54,425 nucleotides of DNA. Origin: a virus (lineage: Duplodnaviria > Caudoviricetes). Positions 43,835 to 52,649 of the stretch are shown one piece after another (within the stretch, counting starts at the first letter, position 1; every line of letters starts with the position of its first letter). The position numbers and the translations under genes were made by a program. Below the pieces are notes generated by a model. It did no database searches and was not told the origin of the DNA. It worked only from the letters and a program-made list of their open reading frames with translations. The stretch spans positions 1 through 54,425 of the IMG/VR virus record IMGVR_UViG_3300031965_000039. One strand, given 5' to 3'.

Positions 43835-46189
43835 ATGCAACGATTGTTTTTCCAGAATGATTTTTCAAAGGGCATCGTAACCCAGACAGATTCTGGTGAC
43901 GCGCCAGAAAATTCAGGTGTACGAGTGGAGAATATTAGAATAGATAAACCTGGACTTCTTCGTGGTGAGCGTGGCTATAAACTTTTTGCTAATGGTCCGG
44001 CTGGAATAGCTGCGGATGACCGTCACTTTCAGGAAGTTGTGATTAACGATACACAGGTTTTTATTGCCTGGGGTCAGGATGGGAATTCAATCCAACACTT
44101 TTACTATTCAAGCAATGGCGGAACGACTTGGATAGAGATAACGGAAATTGTTTTTTGTGAAGTGGCTACTGTAACATCAAGCACTGTGTTTACTATTTCG
44201 GCAGGATCGGCACCATTTGATGATGCGCCATCATCATTGGAGGCTTATTATCAATCTCCAAACTTTTGGTGGATTTTCTGGCATGATGTATCAACTCCGG
44301 CAAATGATGCTTTTGATTTAGTTAAAACTTATGTTGGATCGACAAAGACGGTTACGGTAAAATATGGATTTAGTGGTATTGCAAATGGTGACAAAGTAAT
44401 TTTAATGCGGTTTCCATTATGGAATTTTGCTGATTTGCAGGATTTGGCTGATGGTACAATTGCTAATTTTGATAAGCACAGGAATTTTGTTAGAGATGCT
44501 GGAAATTTCAAGCCTACCATTGTTCAAAGGCAGGATGCCGTAGCGATCTATTGTGGACGAAAAAAAGATAATGTGAATGGTGGGATACCAAATCATACTG
44601 GGATATGGTTTGGATTTATTAGAATAGCAAGTATGTTCGCTGATTCTGATACATTTAATGGCTATATTATTGGAGCCTATCATGCGGAACGATTGTTTCT
44701 TGATGGAATCAATACAACGAATTTAATAGCATCGTTGGCTTCTCCTGCCACGAGTACGGTAGGATTAGCTGCTGGTGATTATGGCGTAGTTTTGACACTT
44801 ATTTATGATGAATTTCAGGAATCTCCGGTGTTTTTGAAGCCTGGCGATACTCTTGCCGCTGGTCAGGTTCATACAGTTGCGTCAAATGATGATCTTCAGA
44901 TAAATCTAAGTTGGGACAAGTTGACGACCAATACTGAAATGCAAAATCATCCTGGAAGTTTAAGGATGGATGCTTTACGGGTTTATTTGTGTAAGGTTGA
45001 CGCTGCACGAAAACCGACTACGCCGTTTTTTATGGTAAAAGAAGTGAAGATAAAAGGTAAATTTACGCTATCCGGATTTTGGACACTTGCTACTATCCCC
45101 TATGTCCAAACTGTAACAATAACAGGCGCCGACTGGGATGCTGGTACTCAATTTGAGTCAGAACTTGTTCATGGTTATTTCTCCAGGATTAGAGTAAATG
45201 CGGATTTGGCGACTGTGGTAGATGGACGGGAGATTGTGGCATCTCTTACGACCGGAGAACAGGAAATAAATTTATTTGAAGTTATTGGAGCAGAAGAGAG
45301 TAAACATTATTTGATATATCCTGCTATTAATTCCGCAAATCGAGTTACACCAGACGCACATCCAGAGGCAGACATTAAAGACATGTCTGAACATGGAATT
45401 TATGCAATTAACAACATTCAACCATTGCGAAATAAGTTAGCCGTTTTCGGTGAAAATGATGTTGTGCTTCTTGCTGGCACAGAAGAAGTGGACAAGTTTG
45501 AGAAACGTGGGGTAAATTGGTGGTGGAGCGTTGTAAGCAAGGGTGAAAAACTCTTTTGGGGAAACATTGATTCAATCTATGATTTGCGTGAAGGTGGTGA
45601 ACCGCGCGAGATGGGTTTTGCTATACGCGATACTTGGCAAGCACTTTCTGAAGATAACCGCAAGAAATCAATTGCGGTTCACGATAGCAAGAATGATCTG
45701 TTTCTTTTGCATTCGCCGAGTGGGACAACATACATTTGGGACGATCAACGCGAAGCCTGGCGAACATATATTTCAGATAAGACGTGGGAATGGTTGAGCG
45801 TAGGCGTGGATGGGGAGATTCTGGCTACGGATAAGACCAATATCTATCAGTTGTTCCCAGATAGCGGCAGCACAGAGAACCTGATTGGTGTGTATGAAAA
45901 AGTGATTGATTTTGGTGGTCCGGTAAGTGTGAAACAAATCAAGCTTATGTATAAGATTACAGGAACTATTACTGTTAAGATATTTGACTTAGAGAAAAGT
46001 GAGAGTTATCATATTGCTGAGGCAAAGTTTTTCAGTCAATCGCAATTTTTAGAATTGCCTAAGAAGATGTCATTTAATGCCAAGAAGATTAAATTACAAA
46101 TGACGATTAGCCCGACCGCGGCCAGCAACCATAACTACGAGATTGATTGGGTTGCGTTGTACGGACACCCATTAACCGAGCACGACTAA
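43835..46189 (+). CDS. tail hub / DNA-stabilisation protein (P22 gp10-like)
   Basis: DFSKGI...PEN...ENI...G-L-RGY N-terminus; beta-propeller-like; position. Confidence 0.7.
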   Translation: MQRLFFQNDFSKGIVTQTDSGDAPENSGVRVENIRIDKPGLLRGERGYKLFANGPAGIAADDRHFQEVVINDTQVFIAWGQDGNSIQHFYYSSNGGTTWIEITEIVFCEVATVTSSTVFTISAGSAPFDDAPSSLEAYYQSPNFWWIFWHDVSTPANDAFDLVKTYVGSTKTVTVKYGFSGIANGDKVILMRFPLWNFADLQDLADGTIANFDKHRNFVRDAGNFKPTIVQRQDAVAIYCGRKKDNVNGGIPNHTGIWFGFIRIASMFADSDTFNGYIIGAYHAERLFLDGINTTNLIASLASPATSTVGLAAGDYGVVLTLIYDEFQESPVFLKPGDTLAAGQVHTVASNDDLQINLSWDKLTTNTEMQNHPGSLRMDALRVYLCKVDAARKPTTPFFMVKEVKIKGKFTLSGFWTLATIPYVQTVTITGADWDAGTQFESELVHGYFSRIRVNADLATVVDGREIVASLTTGEQEINLFEVIGAEESKHYLIYPAINSANRVTPDAHPEADIKDMSEHGIYAINNIQPLRNKLAVFGENDVVLLAGTEEVDKFEKRGVNWWWSVVSKGEKLFWGNIDSIYDLREGGEPREMGFAIRDTWQALSEDNRKKSIAVHDSKNDLFLLHSPSGTTYIWDDQREAWRTYISDKTWEWLSVGVDGEILATDKTNIYQLFPDSGSTENLIGVYEKVIDFGGPVSVKQIKLMYKITGTITVKIFDLEKSESYHIAEAKFFSQSQFLELPKKMSFNAKKIKLQMTISPTAASNHNYEIDWVALYGHPLTEHD

Positions 46190-46190
46190 A

Positions 46191-46436
46191 ATGGCAAAAG
46201 ATATTCGATTACCAAAAGAATACAATCCAGAGCGCATTTCCCAATTGCTCTCTGGTATGCTGAATAAAATAGAGAAGATGGCAAGTGATAAAAAAATAGG
46301 GGAGGCTACTGCGATTGGTTCATCTCCGGCATTGGGAGAACGGGAATTGCAGATATTTGACGATGCTGGAACACGCAAGTTATTTGTGCGCCACAACGGG
46401 AAAAACTATTCAGTTGATTTAATTGAGGTAACATAA
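46191..46436 (+). CDS. small tail-associated protein
   Basis: RLPKEY...; follows tail hub. Confidence 0.6.
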   Translation: MAKDIRLPKEYNPERISQLLSGMLNKIEKMASDKKIGEATAIGSSPALGERELQIFDDAGTRKLFVRHNGKNYSVDLIEVT

Positions 46437-46437
46437 G

Positions 46438-47034
46438 ATGCCAATTCCAGCAGGAGTACAAATCGGATTGCAACTTGCCCCGTATGGTTTATCATTGGGG
46501 AAGAAACTTTTTGGTGGGCTTTTTGGTGGTAAAAGCCAGGAAGAAAAGAATCGTGAGATTATAGAGCAAATGCGCAAACGAATTATGCGCACTGGTGGAG
46601 CTGCACAGAAGCTACAAGAAGGTGTTTTGCGGCAGAATTTAGCTGGTGGTTCTCGTTTGCAAGCAACCAATGTGCTTGGACAGCAGCAGAATCGAGCGAT
46701 TGAGAGCATTTTCAATACCTTGAGTGAAGCAGAGATCCAGGCTTTACAAATGCTTTTGGGTGCGCAGGGTGAACAAGCACGATTAAAGTTCCTGCAAGAT
46801 CAGCAAACGCTTGGTATGTTAGGAGATTTAAGTGGTTCATTAGGAAAGTTGTTTGCACCAAAGTTAGGAACTACAGGGGCAGGAACTACAAGTACAGCTA
46901 ATGCTGGCAGTGTTCAAGGTTTAAGTCCTGAAATGGTTAAATTGCTTGGACAGCTTTTTAATGTACAAAGCTTGACGCCCAAGCCTTTAATTACAACGAA
47001 TCCTTCGATACCGACCTACGGAGTGAGACGATAA
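46438..47034 (+). CDS. probable ejection (internal virion) protein
   Basis: G/L-rich N-terminus, Q-rich helices. Confidence 0.65.
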   Translation: MPIPAGVQIGLQLAPYGLSLGKKLFGGLFGGKSQEEKNREIIEQMRKRIMRTGGAAQKLQEGVLRQNLAGGSRLQATNVLGQQQNRAIESIFNTLSEAEIQALQMLLGAQGEQARLKFLQDQQTLGMLGDLSGSLGKLFAPKLGTTGAGTTSTANAGSVQGLSPEMVKLLGQLFNVQSLTPKPLITTNPSIPTYGVRR

Positions 47035-47870
47035 TGGCAGCGGCAGGTGATGTTCTTCTGGCACTGGCGTCTGGTGGCCTAAAAGGTTATTCAGAGCGTA
47101 AGCGTGAAAATGAGCTTCTATCTTTGCAGCAGAAAGTAACGGAGCAAGACCGTTTACTTAAAACTACTGAAGATATGCAGAATGCGTTGTTTAAATTCAG
47201 CTCTTTGGTTACGCCTGAAACATTGCTGATGGCTTATCAGCAACTTCCAGATTTGGTAAAGCGTGGACAGGGAGGGCAAGCATTCGGTCTTTTACAACCA
47301 CAAGCAGAAACTTTAGAAAAACGTACACAACGTGTAAGTGAAGAGCAATTTGGTAAAACGTTTGGATTGGCTGAAAAAACTTATGGTTTGAAAGAAAAGG
47401 AGACGGGACTTGAAGAACGAAAACTTGGTTTAGCCGAACAGGAATTAGGATTAAAGCGCAAACGCGAAGAACGTTTATCGCAACCACGTAAACTGAACAA
47501 TCGAGAATTACAGGAAGCTATTGATGATACCAGGTTGCGATTGCAATCTTTAGAGCAAGATCCATTAGCATCATTGAATAATCCTGATGTTCAGGATCAA
47601 ATTAAACTTTTGCAAATGAATCTGGATGAGTTGATGGGGATTCAAAAAGAGCGAATTACTGGTAAAAAGGAATCTCCAAAAAAACAGCCGCGTCGAATGA
47701 GTAATGATGAATTGACTGTACGATCTCGCATATCAGATTTTGAAGGGGCATTTAATGCCGGGCAGATAGACACTAATACTTATAAACTCAAGATCAAAGA
47801 GCTTTGGCAGCAACTTGGTAGCACGGAAGAAGCGCGGCAGTTGATTAAACAAGCGACTGGACTTCAATAA
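47034..47870 (+). CDS. probable ejection protein
   Basis: Coiled-coil with heptad GL repeats. Confidence 0.65.
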   Translation: MAAAGDVLLALASGGLKGYSERKRENELLSLQQKVTEQDRLLKTTEDMQNALFKFSSLVTPETLLMAYQQLPDLVKRGQGGQAFGLLQPQAETLEKRTQRVSEEQFGKTFGLAEKTYGLKEKETGLEERKLGLAEQELGLKRKREERLSQPRKLNNRELQEAIDDTRLRLQSLEQDPLASLNNPDVQDQIKLLQMNLDELMGIQKERITGKKESPKKQPRRMSNDELTVRSRISDFEGAFNAGQIDTNTYKLKIKELWQQLGSTEEARQLIKQATGLQ

Positions 47871-47872
47871 AG

Positions 47873-50800
47873 ATGGGTTTATCTGTTTTCAAAAGTAGCA
47901 AAGAGTTTGATGAATTTCTGCCACCTGTAAGCAAACAGGCAAAGCGAGTATCTCCATTTGCATCTGCAATGGAACTTGATGCTTTCTTAGATACTCCTGA
48001 TACCCCTATTCCACCTCTATCACAGCCGGGGTTATCACCTGAGCCTGAAACTCTGGCTGTGCCTACTTCTAAGCCTTTTCTCGATCAGCCAGCTTTCTTA
48101 GGCGGCCCCTCAATGCGGCAGACTCTTAAAACTGTTGAGCCTGCTTTGTCTGCTATTGATACCTCGTTTGAACTCATTCGCCGTAAGTTATCTGATTGGA
48201 CTGGGCTTGTCAAGAAAACCCGCGAAGGAACAATTTCAGGGAAGGACATTGCAGACTATTTCCGACCCGATGTGAACTTGAAAAAAACCATTGAGACCTT
48301 CAAGAAAATCCCAAAAACTGGTACTACTTTAGGTGGACTGACTGCTGAAAAAGAAATTCCAGAGGAAGAAAAGTTTACATCGTTCCTCGATGTTTTTGAA
48401 AAGGGGATTGAAGATTTTGGTTTCGACCCGAATACGACTATCAACATACCGACTGGTGCACCGCGCGGTGGTCGACCGGGTTCTAACATGGTACCGGTTA
48501 AGCTGAAAACTATTGCACAGGTGCTTGGGGTTGCGGCTGAACTTGCACCACTTGATGCAACGGATTTGCTACCAAGAGCAGCGAGATTGCTCAAGAAGGC
48601 AGACAAGTTGAATCCGGCAGAAGCAAAGGCATTACGGAAAACACTTAACAAAATTGAAATGCGTAATTCGGTACTGGAAGCACTCGATGAAGTAGATGCG
48701 GAGCGCGTAGGCGGAGAAGTAACGCCAGTAACGGAAGTTACGCCACCTGTGCAAAAAGTTGCACGTGAAACATTGCCAGAACCACTTAAAACAGAGATTG
48801 TTCCAGAGGCCATTCCTACGCCTCGGAATGCCATTCCTGAAAAGCCTACTACTGAGACGGTTCCGACTGCTAAAGTTGAACCTGAACCGATTGTGAGCGA
48901 AAAACCAGTAACTGGTAAACCGTTTGAGTTCCCACAAGCAAAAGAGTCGGTGGGTGGATTAGTTGTTCGTGATAAAATTCCAAATCAAGAATCAATAGAA
49001 GCAACTCTTGCTAATTATGAAATACTTCCCGGTATTAGAGAAGTAAAAATGTCAGATTTTACTGGTAAGCCAGATGTTTCAAAAAGAAGCAAAGAACTTG
49101 CTAATGAAATACGAGAATCTGGTGAAATTAATCCTTTGATAGTAGTTGAGGATAAAGATGGGCTTTATATTCTTGAGGGTGCAAACAGATGGGATGCTTT
49201 GCATGAATTAGAAGTGGAAAGATTTCCTGCAATGATCGTGCGTGATCTTGAATCATTACAAATTAAACGTAAGGGAGGTAAGAAACTTGCCAAAGAACTT
49301 GTCCCGCAAGGGCGGGAAACCGAGAAAGCCAAGGAAGCCGAGACCGGGGTACAGCCGGTAAAATCAGAAGAAGAAATTCTTGAGCGTGGTCGGAAAACAG
49401 AAGCGGTTTATCCTGAGACACAAATGAGCGCAGGTTTTGGGCCGATAAAGATTCCTGAAATTACCATCGGAGCTAAGGCCGAACCAAAAGTAAAGTTTGA
49501 GGATGTGGCAAAAGAGACCGAGTGGAACGCGGCTAAGGGACGCAGCGAGCGTTCATTCTTTGAGGGCGTGAAAGAGAAGTTGAGTCATGCGGCTGCTGGC
49601 TTTACTCGTCAATTTGTTCATTTGCCAAACGAAAAGAGGTTTGCTAATGCAATTGAGACTTTGCGCCAACTAAAGAGTGCGCCAGGAACTTCATCGCGTG
49701 AGGCGTTGGAAGTAGTCAAACAATTAGTGAAAGACGTTGATGTCCCAGATATTGACCTTGCCATGCGCAAGCTCAAGTTAGAAGATTACAGGTCTGGTCT
49801 CGAAGCTGATAAAGCGGCACCGTTCGGTTTCACTGCTGATGAGATCGGAAAAGAGATTGCCAAAATTGATGGCATTTTAAAAACATCGCCTAAAGCTGAT
49901 CGCATTGTCAAAGAAACCCGTGCGCTTTTAGATGAACTTGGCAAGAAGATGGTGGATGCTGACATACTAAAAAAATCGCAACTGACCAAGAACTATTTCC
50001 ACCGTGAGATATTGCGATACGCCAACGAAGAATCGACGTGGCAAGGTACAGGCAAAAAGTTGAAGCGGCCACGACCAGGATTTGCTAAGGCACGTAAGGG
50101 TTCTGAGCTTCCTGATAACACCGATTATATTCAGGCATTTTACTCTTTCTTGTCTGACGCTAAATTTGATTTGAGAGTAGCGGACTCGCTCAAACGACTT
50201 CGTAAAGAATATGACATACTTCCCAAACTGAAAGCCGAGAACAAGGGTAAGGGTTTTGAAGAATTGCTATCGTTAGAAGATGCTGACGGACATACTCTGT
50301 GGCAGCCTGAGGTTGGCAATAATCTTTTCCGTACCAATTCTGTTTCGCAAAAGATTGCCGATGAGTTGATGAAAGCCTTCCCGGCCGGCATAGAGATCAC
50401 CACCGAGAATTTAAAAAGCATTATGGCGCTTGGCGGGAAAAAAGAAACATGGCTAATTCCTGATGAGCTGGTTAAACAACTAAATGACATGCGCGGGGAA
50501 GCACTCATTGGCGGGAGTGGCAACAAGATTTTGAAAACACTTGGTATTAAACAAGCCACAACTGCATGGAAGGTTTGGACATTGCTTTCGCCAAAGCGAG
50601 TAATTCAGTATAATTTCCGCAACTTTATTGGCGATGCCGATGGAGTCTTTGCTGCGCAGCCAGGAGTTTTTAAGAAAGTGCCAGAAGCGACAAAAGCCCT
50701 GAAAGAATACTTCTTTGAAGCAAAGCCGATGTCAAAAGAGTTACGCGAGTTTAATGAATTTGGCGGTATCGGTTCGACATTTACCGAAGTAGAAGCGCGA

Positions 50801-52336
50801 GATATTAGCAAAGTTAGGGACTTTGAACGATTATACTCAAAAACACTTGGCGAAGTAGCAAAGGAAACTGTTCGCCATCCGATCAAGTCAATTGTACGGC
50901 GTTCTGGATGGGATAAAATCTCAACCATGACAGAGTTCCGGGAAGACATTCTAAGATTTGCGGCTTATCTGCACTACAAAGAAAAAGCTGGCACTGGTAA
51001 GTTGACCAATTACGGAGCCAGCAAGAAAGAATTGGTTGACGGTCTAAAAAATCCAAATGAGAAGGCGGCTAAAATTGCGCGTGAACTTCTCGGTGACTAT
51101 GCAGCGATTTCTAAGTACGGAGAATCATTACGAAACTCATTAATTCCGTTCTATTCGTGGATGGAGATCAATGCAAAGCGGTGGCCACGGCTTGTGAAGA
51201 ATGCTTTTGAAGAAAGCAAGACTGCCGGTATACGCAGTTCGGCTTTACTCGGTGGCAAAATAGCGGCGGGATTTGCTTCACGAGTAGTTTCGGCTTATGC
51301 TACAACTTATGTTTGGAATAATTACATAGCTCCTTTGGTGTTCGGTGAGAACATCGAGGATCAACTGAGCGAGTACGACCGCAAACGTTTACACATCAGT
51401 CTTGGTAAAAATGACGATGGCACAGTACGACTTATCCGTACACCCGGTGCCAGCGGTGATTTTTTAGAGTGGTTCGGGTTCAATGAATTGCCGGTGCTAT
51501 TCGACATGGTTTCTCGGAACGTCATAAGCATTGGAGATGCGCTGGTTCAATTAGCTAAGGCCCCGGTGAACAAGGTAGCTCAGGGCATAAATCCCTGGCT
51601 GAAATTGCCAGCAGAGTTAGCAAGTGAAAAACAATTCTTCCCTGATGTGTTCAATCCGGGTCCGGTGATGGATAAGTGGGAACATATTGCCAGGGCGTGG
51701 CAACTCGAAACCGTCTATCGACAGATGAAAGACATTCCTCAAAAGCGCAGCATCGGAAAGGATTTGACTAAGTCGATGATGTTGATTACAGAATACGACC
51801 CGACCGAGACGGCCTACTATGATGTGCTGGCTTTGAAACGCGATTTTATGAGAAGCAAGGGGCGCGAAGCTGGGTTCGGGCTATCAGAAAAGTCTCAAAC
51901 CTATCGCAACTACAAGAAAGCAATTCGCTACGGTCAAAGAGAAATTGCAGATGCACTGTTGAAAGAAATGGCGGAAAAGGGTTGGATATCAGGGCTTGAA
52001 CAATCGCTGCGTGCGCTCAATCCTATGCACGGTTTGAATAAAGCGGATCAAGTTGAATTCAGAGACAAGTATCTTAATGGATTACAACGGCAGAAACTTA
52101 TCAAAGCCATTGATTTTTATAACAAAAATTTAGAGGCAGCTAAGATTCCACAGGAATTGAAAGTAAAAAGCAAAGGAGTGGAACAGATTGAAAAGGAAAT
52201 GTCTAAATATCCTGTGGAAAATCAAAAACAAATGATTAGAAGCATTGAAACAAATTTAATGAAATATACACCAGCACAACGTGAAGCAATTAAGATTATG
52301 TTGGAAAGAAAAAAACGGCAATTACAAATTCAATAA
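47873..52336 (+). CDS. large polyvalent ejection protein with ParB/Srx-like domain
   Basis: 1487 aa; INPLIV...YILEGANRW-AL; C-terminal DY...LIPFYSW...NP-LK-E pattern. Confidence 0.75.
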   Translation: MGLSVFKSSKEFDEFLPPVSKQAKRVSPFASAMELDAFLDTPDTPIPPLSQPGLSPEPETLAVPTSKPFLDQPAFLGGPSMRQTLKTVEPALSAIDTSFELIRRKLSDWTGLVKKTREGTISGKDIADYFRPDVNLKKTIETFKKIPKTGTTLGGLTAEKEIPEEEKFTSFLDVFEKGIEDFGFDPNTTINIPTGAPRGGRPGSNMVPVKLKTIAQVLGVAAELAPLDATDLLPRAARLLKKADKLNPAEAKALRKTLNKIEMRNSVLEALDEVDAERVGGEVTPVTEVTPPVQKVARETLPEPLKTEIVPEAIPTPRNAIPEKPTTETVPTAKVEPEPIVSEKPVTGKPFEFPQAKESVGGLVVRDKIPNQESIEATLANYEILPGIREVKMSDFTGKPDVSKRSKELANEIRESGEINPLIVVEDKDGLYILEGANRWDALHELEVERFPAMIVRDLESLQIKRKGGKKLAKELVPQGRETEKAKEAETGVQPVKSEEEILERGRKTEAVYPETQMSAGFGPIKIPEITIGAKAEPKVKFEDVAKETEWNAAKGRSERSFFEGVKEKLSHAAAGFTRQFVHLPNEKRFANAIETLRQLKSAPGTSSREALEVVKQLVKDVDVPDIDLAMRKLKLEDYRSGLEADKAAPFGFTADEIGKEIAKIDGILKTSPKADRIVKETRALLDELGKKMVDADILKKSQLTKNYFHREILRYANEESTWQGTGKKLKRPRPGFAKARKGSELPDNTDYIQAFYSFLSDAKFDLRVADSLKRLRKEYDILPKLKAENKGKGFEELLSLEDADGHTLWQPEVGNNLFRTNSVSQKIADELMKAFPAGIEITTENLKSIMALGGKKETWLIPDELVKQLNDMRGEALIGGSGNKILKTLGIKQATTAWKVWTLLSPKRVIQYNFRNFIGDADGVFAAQPGVFKKVPEATKALKEYFFEAKPMSKELREFNEFGGIGSTFTEVEARDISKVRDFERLYSKTLGEVAKETVRHPIKSIVRRSGWDKISTMTEFREDILRFAAYLHYKEKAGTGKLTNYGASKKELVDGLKNPNEKAAKIARELLGDYAAISKYGESLRNSLIPFYSWMEINAKRWPRLVKNAFEESKTAGIRSSALLGGKIAAGFASRVVSAYATTYVWNNYIAPLVFGENIEDQLSEYDRKRLHISLGKNDDGTVRLIRTPGASGDFLEWFGFNELPVLFDMVSRNVISIGDALVQLAKAPVNKVAQGINPWLKLPAELASEKQFFPDVFNPGPVMDKWEHIARAWQLETVYRQMKDIPQKRSIGKDLTKSMMLITEYDPTETAYYDVLALKRDFMRSKGREAGFGLSEKSQTYRNYKKAIRYGQREIADALLKEMAEKGWISGLEQSLRALNPMHGLNKADQVEFRDKYLNGLQRQKLIKAIDFYNKNLEAAKIPQELKVKSKGVEQIEKEMSKYPVENQKQMIRSIETNLMKYTPAQREAIKIMLERKKRQLQIQ

Positions 52337-52346
52337 AAGGATCACA

Positions 52347-52649
52347 ATGCTTGACATCATCGAAAAAAACGCACTGATTCAATTTATGCTATTAGGCGTG
52401 ATAATTCTGACACAGTTTGTAACTATTTTTGTTCTTTGGCGTCGTTCGGCCAGGATTGACTTGACTGATAGCGACAAGAAAGTGATTGCCTCATTCTTGG
52501 TTACTGAAAAGAATGTGGATAAGAGTATGCGACAGGATGTAAAATTATGTCCTGAATTTGAAGCTCCGTGTTTAGGGAAAAAATGTTTGGCTTATTTTGT
52601 TGACAGCAAGGAAAAACCGCAATGTATAAAAGGCTATTTGCTTTCCTAA
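52347..52649 (+). CDS. single-TM protein with Cys-rich C-terminus
   Basis: AAGGA SD; CP...C...C...C. Confidence 0.6.
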   Translation: MLDIIEKNALIQFMLLGVIILTQFVTIFVLWRRSARIDLTDSDKKVIASFLVTEKNVDKSMRQDVKLCPEFEAPCLGKKCLAYFVDSKEKPQCIKGYLLS

